DNA from: an uncultured Pseudomonadota bacterium
Lineage (GTDB): Bacteria > Pseudomonadota > Gammaproteobacteria > Burkholderiales > SG8-39
Reading direction: 5' to 3'
NCBI GenBank assembly: GCA_937907425.1
Contig: CALCIE010000075.1
Coordinates: forward strand, 2,897 to 66,896
DNA length: 64,000 nucleotides
Shown: positions 9,335-19,353 of the stretch, piece by piece
How the letters are laid out: every line of letters starts with the position of its first letter
Numbering within the stretch: position 1 is the stretch's first letter
The notes under the pieces: generated by a model
The model's input: only the letters and a program-made list of their open reading frames with translations
What the model was told of the DNA's origin: nothing
Databases searched by the model: none
Position numbers and translations under genes: made by a program

Positions 9335-10510
9335 TCAAGGCCGCAACACCACCTTGATGCATTCCTCGCGCTTGTCGCGGAACAGCCGGTACGCTTCCGG
9401 CGCTTCGTCGAGCGCCATGCGATGGGTAACGATGAAGCCGGGATCGATCTCGCCGTTCCGGATGTGTTCGAGCAGCGGCTGCATGTAGCGGTGCACGTGC
9501 GTCTGGCCGGTCTTGATGGTAAGCGCCTTGTTCACTAGCGCGCCCATCGGCAGTTTGTCCACGAAACCGCCGTACACGCCCGGAACGGAAACGGTGCCGC
9601 CCTTGCGGCAGGCCATGATCGCTTCGCGCAGCACGATCGGGCGGTCGTTCTCCATCATCATCATCGCCTGCTTGACACGATCATAGGCATGCAGCCCGTC
9701 GTGGGCATGCGCTTCGAGCCCCACCGCGTCGATGCAGCGATCCGGACCGAGTCCGCCGGTCAGCGCCATGAGCGCTTCGTAGACCTCCGTCTCTTCGTAG
9801 TTGAGGGTTTCGGCGCCGCTGTGCGAGGCCGCAAGCCGCAGCCGCTCCGGGAAGCGGTCGATGGCAATCACCCGCTCCGCCCCGAGTAAAAATGCGCTGG
9901 CGATGGCGAACTGCCCCACCGGACCGCAGCCCCATACCGCCACGGTGTCGCCCGGTTCGATGTCGCACTGCTCGGCCGCCATGTAGCCGGTGGGAAAGAT
10001 GTCGGACAGGAACAGCACCTGTTCGTCCGACAGCCCGTTTTCGGGAATCCTGAGCGGCCCCACGTCGGCGAAAGGCACCCGCACGTACTCCGCCTGCCCG
10101 CCGGCGAATCCGCCGAGCAGATGCGAATAGCCGTAGATGCCGCAAGGCGAGTGGCCCCACATCTTCTCGGCCATCCAGGCGTTGGGATTGGAGTTCTCGC
10201 ACAGCGAGTAGAGCTGCTTCTCGCAGAAGAAGCAGACGCCGCAGGCGATGGGAAAGGGCACCACGACCCGGTCGCCCACCTTGAGCTTGCGCACCGCGGG
10301 GCCGACCTCCACCACCTCGCCCATGAATTCGTGGCCGAGGATGTCGCCCTTCATCATCGCTGGCACGAAGCCGTCGTACAGATGCAGGTCCGAGCCGCAG
10401 ATGGCGGTGGCGGTGACGCGCACGATGGCATCGCCCTCGTTGATGAGCCGGGGATCGGGTACGCGCTCCACGCGCACGTCGTGTTTGCCGTACCAGCAGG
10501 TGGCTTTCAT
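9335..10510 (-). CDS. zinc-dependent alcohol dehydrogenase family (glutathione-independent formaldehyde dehydrogenase-like)
   Basis: The first 125 codons of track ORF 9335..10885 are Arg-rich and not protein-like. ATG 10510 gives [17 protein letters not shown]... Zn motifs [18 protein letters not shown] and Cys cluster [18 protein letters not shown]. Nucleotide fold VWGCGPVG. Confidence 0.85.
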   Translation of the reverse strand: MKATCWYGKHDVRVERVPDPRLINEGDAIVRVTATAICGSDLHLYDGFVPAMMKGDILGHEFMGEVVEVGPAVRKLKVGDRVVVPFPIACGVCFFCEKQLYSLCENSNPNAWMAEKMWGHSPCGIYGYSHLLGGFAGGQAEYVRVPFADVGPLRIPENGLSDEQVLFLSDIFPTGYMAAEQCDIEPGDTVAVWGCGPVGQFAIASAFLLGAERVIAIDRFPERLRLAASHSGAETLNYEETEVYEALMALTGGLGPDRCIDAVGLEAHAHDGLHAYDRVKQAMMMMENDRPIVLREAIMACRKGGTVSVPGVYGGFVDKLPMGALVNKALTIKTGQTHVHRYMQPLLEHIRNGEIDPGFIVTHRMALDEAPEAYRLFRDKREECIKVVLRP

Positions 10511-10545
10511 GCGGCTCTCCTCAAGATCGCCTCGCGAACCGCGGC

Positions 10546-11286
10546 TCAGGCCCGGCTCGTGTCGATGCGGTTCGTGCCTTCGCTGCGCTGGGCGCCGGCT
10601 GGTTGGCCGCGCGTGGAAATGATCTCGCCCACTTCCACCAGTTGCTTGAGCCGCCGCAAGGCGTCGGTGACATAGCGCTCCGGCGCCTGGCCGGTGATGC
10701 GCGCCAGCGCCGCGCCCAGGGCGCCTGCGGGCGGCACGTATTCCAGATGCACCGAGACCACGGTGCCGCGCCCGCCCGGCGCTTCGCGAAAGCGCACGCT
10801 GCCGAAATGCGTGAGCGCGCTGCCGTGGGCGGCGCGCCAGGCGATTTCCTGACCCGGTTCGTCGCGGGTGATTTCCGATTCCCATACCGCTTCGCGTCCC
10901 TGCGCGCCCTGCATGTGCCAGCGCGAGCGCAGCGCATCGAGTTGTTCCACGCGCGTGACGCGCGGCGCGAACCGGGGCAGGTTGTCCAGATCACGCCAAT
11001 AGCGATAGAGCGTGTCGCGGTCCGCCCTGATGGTGATCGCCTGATCGAGCACGATGGTTTCGCCGGCCGCGCGCTCCGTGGGCTCGCGGTTCACGCGTAT
11101 GCCGAGCGGGCGGAACATCGGGTTGTAGCCCGTGTAGGCCTGATAGAGCAGCCAGCCGCCCAGGCCCGCCGCGCTGCCGCCGATCCAGTTCCGCCTGCGC
11201 AGGCCCCAGCCGAGCAGGGCCAGTCCGCCCGCCACATAGCCCCAGCGGTCGATCTGCATGAGATTGATCTTGTCGCGCGTTTGCAT
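10546..11286 (-). CDS. membrane-anchored SRPBCC (cyclase/dehydrase-like) protein with DUF2892-like N-terminus
   Basis: ATG 11286 preceded by GGAGG. Two-TM segment [18 protein letters not shown]...[14 protein letters not shown] followed by a START/SRPBCC-like domain. Confidence 0.65.
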   Translation of the reverse strand: MQTRDKINLMQIDRWGYVAGGLALLGWGLRRRNWIGGSAAGLGGWLLYQAYTGYNPMFRPLGIRVNREPTERAAGETIVLDQAITIRADRDTLYRYWRDLDNLPRFAPRVTRVEQLDALRSRWHMQGAQGREAVWESEITRDEPGQEIAWRAAHGSALTHFGSVRFREAPGGRGTVVSVHLEYVPPAGALGAALARITGQAPERYVTDALRRLKQLVEVGEIISTRGQPAGAQRSEGTNRIDTSRA

Positions 11287-11367
11287 GCCGCCTCCGTATC
11301 CGGTTTTCCGAAGGCTGCAAGGCGTGTACCGGTCGGCGGCGCCGCCGCGCGGTCTGTCCACCGCAAC

Positions 11368-11811
11368 TCAGCGATACGGGATGATGCTAATGCCGCCGTT
11401 CACTTCGATGACGGCGTACTTGATCTGGTCGAGCCGCTCGATGCCCTGCAGTCTGCGGGCGGCTTCGAGGATGTCGTCTTCGTCCACGCGCGCCTTGGCC
11501 ATGCGCTCGCGCAGGCAGCGGCCGTTCTCCACGATCACGGTGGGCACGCCGTCCAGCACTTTCTCCATGCGCCGCGAGCGCGACTTCAGCAGCGAGAGCA
11601 TCACGTCGACGAACAGCAGGGTCGCGATGATGATCACGGCGTTGGTGATGGAGAAATCCTCGCCGAGCATCGCCTGCTGCGTCGCCTCGCCGATGATCAA
11701 CAGCAGCACGAAGTCGAAGGTGGTGATCTCGGCCAGCGTGCGCCGGCCGGCGATCCGGAACAGCAGCAGGAGCACGAAGTAGATCAGCACAGCGCGCGCG
11801 ACGGCATCCAT
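11368..11811 (-). CDS. DUF421 (YetF-like) membrane protein
   Basis: [43 protein letters not shown]... with TM helices plus a soluble C-terminal domain. Lies 9 nt after the preceding gene. Confidence 0.65.
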   Translation of the reverse strand: MDAVARAVLIYFVLLLLFRIAGRRTLAEITTFDFVLLLIIGEATQQAMLGEDFSITNAVIIIATLLFVDVMLSLLKSRSRRMEKVLDGVPTVIVENGRCLRERMAKARVDEDDILEAARRLQGIERLDQIKYAVIEVNGGISIIPYR

Positions 11812-11820
11812 GACGGAACC

Positions 11821-12318
11821 TCAAGGGTAGATCATCGGCTGCAGCGTGATCGGCGGCCCGTCCGCAAGACCGATGCCGACCCGCGCGGGACCGCTCGACA
11901 GCGGCCGCAGATAAAGACGGATGGTGGCGAGCGCGCCCAGATCGGCGACGGGGAAGCGCAGCCGCACGCCTTCCTCGACGAGCTGCCATTGCGCGGGACG
12001 CGGCACCACCCGCTCGATGTCGAAGGTCTCGACGAAAGCCTCGTCCAGCAGCAACGCCACTTCGTCGTCCCGCACCGCGGCCCGGCCGATGCGCACTTTG
12101 AACATCGCCGGCGAGCCGCTGCGCAGGAAACGCTCGTATTCGACATGCAGGCGCGCATCGCCCGCCTTCACGTTGCTGAGCGGTCCGGGACCGAGCAGCC
12201 CGGCGAGCGCGGCGGCGATGATCGCACCCATCACCGCCCAGCCGATCCGCTCGAAGCGCCAGGTGCGGCGCTGGAAGTCGAGATCCTCGTTGACCTCGAA
12301 TCTCCGGTCTTCGCTCAT
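11821..12318 (-). CDS. hypothetical single-pass membrane protein
   Basis: 165 aa. One TM (IGWAVMGAIIAAALAGLL) followed by a beta-rich extracytoplasmic domain. No family recognised. Lies 42 nt downstream of the Wzy-like gene on the same strand. Confidence 0.45.
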   Translation of the reverse strand: MSEDRRFEVNEDLDFQRRTWRFERIGWAVMGAIIAAALAGLLGPGPLSNVKAGDARLHVEYERFLRSGSPAMFKVRIGRAAVRDDEVALLLDEAFVETFDIERVVPRPAQWQLVEEGVRLRFPVADLGALATIRLYLRPLSSGPARVGIGLADGPPITLQPMIYP

Positions 12319-12360
12319 GCCGCGGGCCTGCGCCGCGCAGGCGGTTCGAAGGGCGACACT

Positions 12361-13677
12361 TCAGGCCCTCGCGCCGGCCGGCGCACCCTCCATGCCGAGC
12401 GCCGGCTGCGGCGTTGCCGCGCGTTCCTGCGGCGCGGGCGCGAGCTCGCGCTGGACGACGACGTTCGTAACCACCAGCAGGGCCATCAGCACATAGGGGT
12501 AGTCCCAATACGCCAGACCGAGGAAGGAGCCGCCGACGAAATAGCCCACCAGGCTCACGTGGATCATGGCGGCGAGATCGTGTGCCCAGCGCAGGTCCTC
12601 GCGCTCCCGCGTGGCGGCGATGATGCGGTTGCCGGTGCGCCACGTCAGCGCCCATACCAGGATGAACAGGAACAGGCCGACGAAGCCGTGCTCGCCCAGC
12701 ACTTCGAACCAGATGCTGTGCGCGTCGTGGAAGTCTTCCGGAATCGGCGCGTACTTGTAGAAGTTCTCGCGCGTGAAGGTCTCGAAACCGCCGCCGGTGA
12801 ACGGGCGCTCCTTCGCCAGATTGAGCGCGAAGCCCCAGGCGTTGATCCGCCCCATGGCCGAGCTGTCGTCCTGGTAGGTTTCGATGGTGGACATCTTCTC
12901 GAACCAGCTCGGCGGCATGAGGCTGATCAGTGCCGGCACCAGCATCAGCACGATGAGCGTGATGGCGATCTTCTTGCGGCTCTTGAACCACAGGAACACG
13001 CTCATGCCGAGGATCGCCACCAGCCCGCCGCGCGAGTAGGTGCCGATCACGCCGATGGCGGTGAGCACGATCGCCGCCTTGAGCGCGAGCTTCACCCAGG
13101 CGGTGTTCGACTGCAGCACCAGGTACCACAGCAGCGGTACCGTCATCACCAGCGCGAGCGCGATTTCGGTGTTGCCCTGCATGAAACCGCCGGGCGGGCC
13201 GAGCACGTAGCCGCGGCCGCCGGCGAGCGTATAGAGTCCGCCCTTGACGCCGAAGAAGGCGATGGACAAGGCCGCCACCCACACCAGCCAGCGGATGCGT
13301 TCGCGGGTCTGCATGACCATCATGGTGATGAAGATGAACACCTGGATGGTGAAAACCTTCTCCCACTGCACCAGCGCCTTGTCGGTGTTGATGCTGAAGG
13401 TCGTGGTCACCGCCATCCAGACGGCGAGCGCCATGAGCGCGACGACCGGCCCCTGCAGCGGCAGCCGCTTCGGTTCGCGCGAGACGAACAGCGCCACCAA
13501 CGTGGCGAGCCCGCTGATCACGCCGAAGGGCATGTTGTAGGCGAAGCTCCAGGTGAGCTTGTGCGGGTTCATCAGCCCGATCCAGGTCCACAGCAGGATG
13601 CCGATATGCGGACGCGACAGCGCAAAGGGCAGTACCGCGGCGACGAACAGGACGAGGGTGATATCGCGTAGGGGCAT
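12361..13677 (-). CDS. O-antigen-ligase/Wzy-like polytopic protein, exosortase A system-associated (putative O-glycosylation ligase; TIGR03097-like from memory)
   Basis: 438 aa with about 10 TM. Wzy_C-type loop TYSRGGLVAILGMS and HDAHSIWFEVLGEHGFVG. Last gene of the XrtA operon. Confidence 0.8.
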   Translation of the reverse strand: MPLRDITLVLFVAAVLPFALSRPHIGILLWTWIGLMNPHKLTWSFAYNMPFGVISGLATLVALFVSREPKRLPLQGPVVALMALAVWMAVTTTFSINTDKALVQWEKVFTIQVFIFITMMVMQTRERIRWLVWVAALSIAFFGVKGGLYTLAGGRGYVLGPPGGFMQGNTEIALALVMTVPLLWYLVLQSNTAWVKLALKAAIVLTAIGVIGTYSRGGLVAILGMSVFLWFKSRKKIAITLIVLMLVPALISLMPPSWFEKMSTIETYQDDSSAMGRINAWGFALNLAKERPFTGGGFETFTRENFYKYAPIPEDFHDAHSIWFEVLGEHGFVGLFLFILVWALTWRTGNRIIAATREREDLRWAHDLAAMIHVSLVGYFVGGSFLGLAYWDYPYVLMALLVVTNVVVQRELAPAPQERAATPQPALGMEGAPAGARA

Positions 13678-13761
13678 GGATCGGCTTCCCGGTGATGCGC
13701 CCGTCGTTATGGATGCGTTGCCCAGAGACTAGGCAATCCGGACACCGCGGGTTGCAAACTT

Positions 13762-14925
13762 TTATGGCGCCGGGGCATGCGAGGCGCGCTTTTGCGCCCT
13801 TCCCAGCGCGGCGTTGGCGTAGATCTCGAACAGCCGCGCCTGCACGCTCGGCCAGGCGTAGGCCGAAGCCGCCCACAGCGCGTTGGCGCGCAGCGCCGCC
13901 GCGAGCAGCGGATCGCGCACCAGCCGCAGCGCCGCGTCCGCCATCGCGCGCGGATCGCCCGGCGGCACCAGCAGCGCGGTCTTGCCGTCCTCCGCGAAAT
14001 AGGGGATGCCGCCGACATCGGTGCTGACCACCGGCACCCCGCTTGCGAACGCCTCCAGCAGCGCGTTGGGCATGTTGTCCACCCGCGAGGGATTGAGCAT
14101 CACGTCGGCCTCGCGATAAAGCGCTGCCATGGCATCCGGATCGAGCCGGCCGCTGAAACGCACGGCGTCCTCGATGCCCAGTTCCTTGCAGCGACGTTGC
14201 AAGCTCGCCAGCTCCGGTCCGCTGCCCGCTACGGTGAGCCGCGCTTGCGGCAACTCGCGGCGCAGGATCGCGAAGGCTTCCAGTGCCGTGCCGATGTCGT
14301 AGAGCGGCTCCAGATTGCGCGTGACGATGAAATGCGGTCCGCCGCGCGCGGCGCCCGGCATGCGCGCAGCTGGATGGAAGCGCGCGAGATCGACAATGTT
14401 CGGCACGATCTCCGTGCGGATGCCGTAACGTGCGAACACGTTGTGCAGGAAGCCCGAGGGCACCGCGACGCAATTGGCGAGGCGCAGCGTCGGCCGTACC
14501 CAGGCGGCCTGCGCCCGCAGAAAGGCTCCGGCGCCGCCGCCCCGGTAGTTCACGATCACCGGCGTGCCGCGCAAGCGCGCGATCCATACCGCAGGCGCGG
14601 CGTGCAGATGCCAGGCCCAGCCGGAGTTGGCCATGACGTGCAGGAGCTCGACGCGCCCTGCGCAGCGCCACAGCGCTCGTACATAGGGAAGCAGGCGGAA
14701 CAGCGCGCGCACGCCGCGCAGTCTGCCGATCCACGCCGGCCGGTACGGTGCATTGGTCCGCACCAGTTCGACCTCGACACCCGCCTCGCGCAACAGCCAG
14801 GCGAGCTGCCGGGTCTGGTTCGCCATGCCGCCCGCGGGCGGCGGCAAAGGCCCCACCAGTCCCACCCTTCGCGGGGCGGACAAGCCGTGTTCGAGAGGGG
14901 TCGGGGCATCACGCGGTGGCGACAT
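13762..14925 (-). CDS. GT-B glycosyltransferase (family 4-like)
   Basis: N-terminal VGLVGPLPPPAGGMANQ. C-terminal NPSRVDNMPNALLEAFASGVPVVSTDVGGIPYFAEDGKTALLVPPGD (E-x7-E region). Confidence 0.85.
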   Translation of the reverse strand: MSPPRDAPTPLEHGLSAPRRVGLVGPLPPPAGGMANQTRQLAWLLREAGVEVELVRTNAPYRPAWIGRLRGVRALFRLLPYVRALWRCAGRVELLHVMANSGWAWHLHAAPAVWIARLRGTPVIVNYRGGGAGAFLRAQAAWVRPTLRLANCVAVPSGFLHNVFARYGIRTEIVPNIVDLARFHPAARMPGAARGGPHFIVTRNLEPLYDIGTALEAFAILRRELPQARLTVAGSGPELASLQRRCKELGIEDAVRFSGRLDPDAMAALYREADVMLNPSRVDNMPNALLEAFASGVPVVSTDVGGIPYFAEDGKTALLVPPGDPRAMADAALRLVRDPLLAAALRANALWAASAYAWPSVQARLFEIYANAALGRAQKRASHAPAP

Positions 14926-15874
14926 GTTCCACTCTCCACAGATTGCGCATCAGACGCAGGGCGTAGGCGAGCGGCGCGCGATCCCAGGGCGTGAAACGCG
15001 GAATCTGATAGATGTCGCAGCCGTAGTGCGCCGCGCCCCAGGCGGTGCACAGGGCGGCGTCGAAACCCGCTTCGCGCACCATGCGTACGTGCGCGGCGGT
15101 GTAATCGCGTTCAGGCTTGCCGTTGGGATAGGCGAACAGGTTCACCGGGCGTTTGAGCAGCGATTCCAGGTGACGTTTGCTCTCGGTGATCTCCTGCCAG
15201 GCCACTTCGTCTGGAATGTTGGCGAGGATGGGATGCGAAACGGTGTGCGCGCCGATGCCCATACCGGCTCCGGCAAGGACGCGCAGTTGGGTCGTCGTGA
15301 GCATCAGGTCGTCGGGCAGCGGCGCGCCGACCCGCGCCGCAATCTGGTCGGCGAGGCGCTGACGCTGATCGAGCGCGTAGTACTTGAGGCACCGGATGAT
15401 GTGCTGGATGGCCGCGCGCCGCTCGGCCACGGTCGCGATCGGATGGCGGCCGAGTTGCAAGTCTTCCAAATCGAGCGCCGGCCCGGGCGCGGCGCGCACC
15501 GCCTCGATCACCGTGTCGTTCCACATCCTGCCGCCGTCGAGATAACCGGTGGCGATGAAGAAGGTGGCGTGCAGGCCGAGCGCGCGCAGGACGGGCAGCG
15601 CGAAGGTGCAGTTGTCGGCATAGCCGTCGTCGAAGGTGATGGCCGCGGCCCGCGCCGGAAGACTGCCTGTGCGCAGGCGCCGCAAAGCCTCTTCCAGGGG
15701 CAGCACGCGGAACCAATCGCGTATCCAGCGCATGCGCGTTTCGAATTCCGCGACATCGGCCTCGTTGGGAAACAGCGGATCTTTGTGCGGCCGGACGCGA
15801 TGGAAGAGCAGCACCGACAGGCGGCCGCGCCGGCCCGCAGGAGAAAGCGCATCAAAAACCCAGCGCAGGCTCAT
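14909..15874 (-). CDS. polysaccharide deacetylase (NodB-homology domain)
   Basis: Only the last 321 codons of track ORF 14909..16684 are protein-like. ATG at 15874 overlaps the upstream stop (ATGA). Motifs ITFDDGYADN and GAHTVSHPIL. Confidence 0.85.
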   Translation of the reverse strand: MSLRWVFDALSPAGRRGRLSVLLFHRVRPHKDPLFPNEADVAEFETRMRWIRDWFRVLPLEEALRRLRTGSLPARAAAITFDDGYADNCTFALPVLRALGLHATFFIATGYLDGGRMWNDTVIEAVRAAPGPALDLEDLQLGRHPIATVAERRAAIQHIIRCLKYYALDQRQRLADQIAARVGAPLPDDLMLTTTQLRVLAGAGMGIGAHTVSHPILANIPDEVAWQEITESKRHLESLLKRPVNLFAYPNGKPERDYTAAHVRMVREAGFDAALCTAWGAAHYGCDIYQIPRFTPWDRAPLAYALRLMRNLWRVEHVATA

Positions 15875-16794
15875 GCTCGCCCCAGCCAAAGCAACAAGAC
15901 GCCGGCCATGCCGAGGGCGAACACCCACACTCCGCGACGCAGCTTGCGATGCAGGCGTGCGAGCGCGTCCGCCGCCGCGCGGTTCTCGGCGGTGAGGTAG
16001 AGGCGGATACCCGGCTGCACGCCGAGAAGCGCCGCAACGCACTGCGCCGCCGCGGGGTGCAGGCGCGAGGCGATGCGCACGAGCGGATGCGCATCGTAGC
16101 TGTAGACCGCGTTGCCCCAGATCAGATACCACTCCCCCGCGCCGCGGCGGTAATAGGCCCACAGCTTGTGCGGATGGACGAAACCCGGCCTGCCGGGACC
16201 TGTCCGCTCGATCGCCGCCTGCGGTCGCAAACCGAGCACGCAGTCGCGGAACTCCAGTGCGGAAAGCGGCGCGCGCGTCGCCGGATCGAGGACGTGGAAG
16301 TTGTTGTACACGTCGAGCATCGCCCATTTCGCGCGCTCGGCGTCCCACACTTCCACGAACACGTGGCCGTTGCCGCCGAAGCCGTTGTGGCTGAAGGCCC
16401 ACTGCCGCACGAACAGGCCGGCGGCGTGCGCCAGCGCGACATAGACCTTCACGAAGTCGGCGCAATGGCCGTAGCCCGCGCGGATGGCGCGATAGGTCGT
16501 CGCGAGATCGGACCGGATCGGTCCGCGGTCCTGCGCGCGCTCGGTGAGATGCCCCGCGAGCGCACGCGCCTTGTCCCAATCGCTCAAGTGTCCGATTCGC
16601 AGATTCTCGACCGCGCGTGCGAACAAGGCGGGCGGCGGCCGCCGTTCCACGAGGAAATCGCCCGGCACGTTCGCAGGCGTCCAATCGAAGTCCGCCGGCC
16701 CGCTCGGCTGCAGCATCCAGGCGTTGCGCAGACGCACGCCCTCGATGCGCGGTCTCGCCCCGGTTTCAGGCGGCAGCGCGTCGCTCTCGTACAT
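15871..16794 (-). CDS. transglutaminase-like (Cys-His-Asp) protein with C-terminal TM anchor
   Basis: ATG 16794 preceded by GGGGGAG. Core GYGHCADFVKVYVALAHAAGLFVRQW...GNGHVFVEVWDAERAKWAMLDVYNN gives putative triad C111/H144/D161. C-terminal helix GVWVFALGMAGVLLLWLG. Confidence 0.65.
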   Translation of the reverse strand: MYESDALPPETGARPRIEGVRLRNAWMLQPSGPADFDWTPANVPGDFLVERRPPPALFARAVENLRIGHLSDWDKARALAGHLTERAQDRGPIRSDLATTYRAIRAGYGHCADFVKVYVALAHAAGLFVRQWAFSHNGFGGNGHVFVEVWDAERAKWAMLDVYNNFHVLDPATRAPLSALEFRDCVLGLRPQAAIERTGPGRPGFVHPHKLWAYYRRGAGEWYLIWGNAVYSYDAHPLVRIASRLHPAAAQCVAALLGVQPGIRLYLTAENRAAADALARLHRKLRRGVWVFALGMAGVLLLWLGRA

Positions 16795-18130
16795 CGCGCG
16801 CTCCCCCTTCCGATCCCCAGCACAAGCCGATGTAGCGTCCGCGCAGTCCTTCGCGATCGGCGAGACGCACGAGATCGAGGACGACGTGCTCGTCGCGCGC
16901 ATGGCGCTTGAGCTGCGCGAGCACCTCCTCGTCCTGCAGCCCGACCACGAGCAGTTCCGAATCGCGCGCCACCGATTCGAGATCGGGACGCATCAGCTGG
17001 CCCAGATGCGGCACCTGCTCCTCGATGTAGCGACGATTCGCGCCCAAGAGCCGCGACAGGTGCACGTTGGGATCGTAGACCAGCAGTTGCATGCCTTCGC
17101 CGACCAGGTGTTTGGCGAGCTGCACCAGCGGGCTTTCGCGCAGATCGTCGGTGCCGGTCTTGAACGACAGGCCGATAAGGCCGATGCGGCGCTTGCCGGT
17201 CGCGGCGATCTTGGCGATGGCGTGTTCAAGATGCGCGCGGTTGGAGGCGAGGATGCTGCCGAGCATGGGCAGCTCGACGTCGCGCATCTTGGCGAGATAG
17301 GCGGTCGCGCGCAGATCCTTGGGCAGGCAGGAACCGCCGAAGGCGAAGCCCGGCTTGAGATAGGCGCTGGAGATGTTGAGCTGCGTATCGCGGCAGACAA
17401 GGTCCATCACCTCGAAGGGATCGACGCCCAGCGCCTCGCACAGCCGCGCCGATTCGTTGGCGAAGGTGATCTTGAGCGCGTGGAAGTTGTTGCAGCAGTA
17501 CTTGACCGTCTCCGCCGCGGGAATGGAGGTGCTGATGAATTCGCAGGGCAGATGGCCGTACAGCTCGCGCAGTCTTTCGCGCGGATAGTCGTGATTGGCG
17601 CCGACGATGGTGAAGGGCGGCCGGTCGTAGTCGCGGATGGATGAGCCTTCGCGCAGGAATTCCGGCTGGAAGCAGACGTGGAAATCCACGCCTTCGGTCT
17701 TGCCGCTTTCGCGCTCGAGGATCGGTTTCAGCACTCCTTCCACCGTGCCGGGCACGACGGTGGAACGGAACACGAACACGTGCGGGCCGATCTTCTCGCG
17801 CATCGCCGCGCCCAGTTCGGCGGCGATGCGCAGCAATGCGCTTTGATCCTGGCTGCCGTTGGGCGCCGAGGGCGTGCCGACGCAGATGAGCGAGAGCTCG
17901 CTGTCCTTCACCGCCTGCGCCGTGTCCTGCGTCACCGCCACGCGGCCGCTCGCCACCACCTGCTGCACGAGCTCGACCATCCCGGCTTCCACGACCGGCG
18001 TCTTGCCCTCTGCGATGAGCGCGAGCTTGGTGCGATCGACGTCGACGCCGATGACGCGATGGCCGTCGCGCGCGAGGCACGCGAGCGATACGGCGCCTAC
18101 ATAGCCCAATCCGAAAATGCTGATGTTCAC
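16766..18130 (-). CDS. nucleotide-sugar 6-dehydrogenase, GDP-mannose 6-dehydrogenase (AlgD)-like
   Basis: GTG start at 18130 overlaps the upstream stop (GTGA). (M)NISIFGLGYVGAVSLACLARDGHRVIGVDVD..., GFAFGGSCLPKD, GLSFKTGTDDLRESP and ...GLCW near the C-terminus closely follow the P. aeruginosa AlgD sequence as I remember it. Confidence 0.8.
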   Translation of the reverse strand: MNISIFGLGYVGAVSLACLARDGHRVIGVDVDRTKLALIAEGKTPVVEAGMVELVQQVVASGRVAVTQDTAQAVKDSELSLICVGTPSAPNGSQDQSALLRIAAELGAAMREKIGPHVFVFRSTVVPGTVEGVLKPILERESGKTEGVDFHVCFQPEFLREGSSIRDYDRPPFTIVGANHDYPRERLRELYGHLPCEFISTSIPAAETVKYCCNNFHALKITFANESARLCEALGVDPFEVMDLVCRDTQLNISSAYLKPGFAFGGSCLPKDLRATAYLAKMRDVELPMLGSILASNRAHLEHAIAKIAATGKRRIGLIGLSFKTGTDDLRESPLVQLAKHLVGEGMQLLVYDPNVHLSRLLGANRRYIEEQVPHLGQLMRPDLESVARDSELLVVGLQDEEVLAQLKRHARDEHVVLDLVRLADREGLRGRYIGLCWGSEGGARDVRERRAAA

Positions 18131-19353
18131 TGCACCGGCTCCTTTTCCAGGTTGAGCGCGTGTTCGGCATGACGCGCGAGACAGCGTTCGATAATGCGAT
18201 CGAGGCGTTGCATGGATTTCGACCAGGCGTGATGCGACAGCACCCGCTCGCGCCCGGCCCGCGCGAGACGGGCGCGTTCGGCCGGGTCGTCGAGGATGCG
18301 CAGGATCTTGCGCACGTAGTCTTCCGGTTCGTCGGCGACGAGAAAGTGCTGTTCGTCCTGCGCGTCGACGCCGCCCGCGGCTACGCGGCTCGTCACCACC
18401 GGCACACCCATGGCCATGGCCTCCAGAATCTTGTTCTGCGTGCCGCGAGCGATCCTGAGCGGTGCGACCATCAGGGCCGAGTTGCGGACATAGGGCCGCA
18501 CGTCCGGCACCGAACCGGTGACGATCACGCCGGGCTGACGGCCCAGTTCGCGCACGGCCGGCGACGGATCGGCACCGACGATGTAGAGCCTGAGCCGCGG
18601 ACGCAGGGCGCGCAGACGCGGAAAGACCTGCGCGCAGAACTCGAACATGCACTGCTGGTTCGGGTAGTAGTCCATGCGCCCGACGAAACAGATACGGCCG
18701 GCGTCGTAAGGCTCGTCGCCCGGCGAGAAGAATTCGTGGTCCACGCCGTTCGGAAACCAGTCGGTGGGCACGTCCACGCGGTAGCCGTTCAGCGTCTCCC
18801 ACTCCGCGCGCGTGGTGGCGGTGCAAAAATCGAAGCGCCGTGCGAGCCGCTTTTCCTCGCGCCACAATTTTTGACCTTCGAGCCAGTAGCCAGCCGACAG
18901 CGGAAAAGGCTTGTAGCGTGCGTACTCCAGCCACTTCTGCGAATCCATGTCGCCGAAGTCGAGGATCTTGGGGATGCCGCGCACATGCTCGACGTAGGGC
19001 GCCATCGAGGAGCAATGCACGAAGATCAGGTCGTAGCGTTTGCGCGCGAGCGCCGCTCGGATCTGACGCGCGAGCGCGGGCGAGTGGAAGAAACCGAAGG
19101 AAGACGGCCGCGTCGTGGGCAGACGCGCGACCATGCGCAGTGTCTGCACGCGGTCGTCCACGCGCGCGGCGAGGATCTCGGCGCAGTGCTTCGCAAGGCC
19201 TTCTCCCTCGCGGGCTTCCTCGTCGGAGCGCAGCAGGGAGGCCACCGTGACTTCGTGGTGCTGCGCGAGATGACGGATCATGTTGAACGGCCGGATCTTG
19301 CCGCCGCGCTTGGGCGGAAAGGGAAAGCGATGGCACAGGTAGAGGATGTTCAT
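18127..19353 (-). CDS. glycosyltransferase, PEP-CTERM/EpsH1 system-associated type (TIGR03087 'stp1'-like from memory)
   Basis: ATG 19353 (MNILYLCHRFPFPPKRGGKIRPFNMIRHL...) overlaps the upstream stop (ATGA). C-terminal MVAPLRIARGTQNKILEAMAMGVPVVTS. Confidence 0.8.
   Translation of the reverse strand: MNILYLCHRFPFPPKRGGKIRPFNMIRHLAQHHEVTVASLLRSDEEAREGEGLAKHCAEILAARVDDRVQTLRMVARLPTTRPSSFGFFHSPALARQIRAALARKRYDLIFVHCSSMAPYVEHVRGIPKILDFGDMDSQKWLEYARYKPFPLSAGYWLEGQKLWREEKRLARRFDFCTATTRAEWETLNGYRVDVPTDWFPNGVDHEFFSPGDEPYDAGRICFVGRMDYYPNQQCMFEFCAQVFPRLRALRPRLRLYIVGADPSPAVRELGRQPGVIVTGSVPDVRPYVRNSALMVAPLRIARGTQNKILEAMAMGVPVVTSRVAAGGVDAQDEQHFLVADEPEDYVRKILRILDDPAERARLARAGRERVLSHHAWSKSMQRLDRIIERCLARHAEHALNLEKEPVQ

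Noticed and set aside
10603-13671. 1022-aa plus-strand ORF
   Set aside because: It is antisense to the SRPBCC, DUF421, hypothetical and Wzy-like genes. The composition is not protein-like (runs of R, H, G, A), so it is a shadow ORF.
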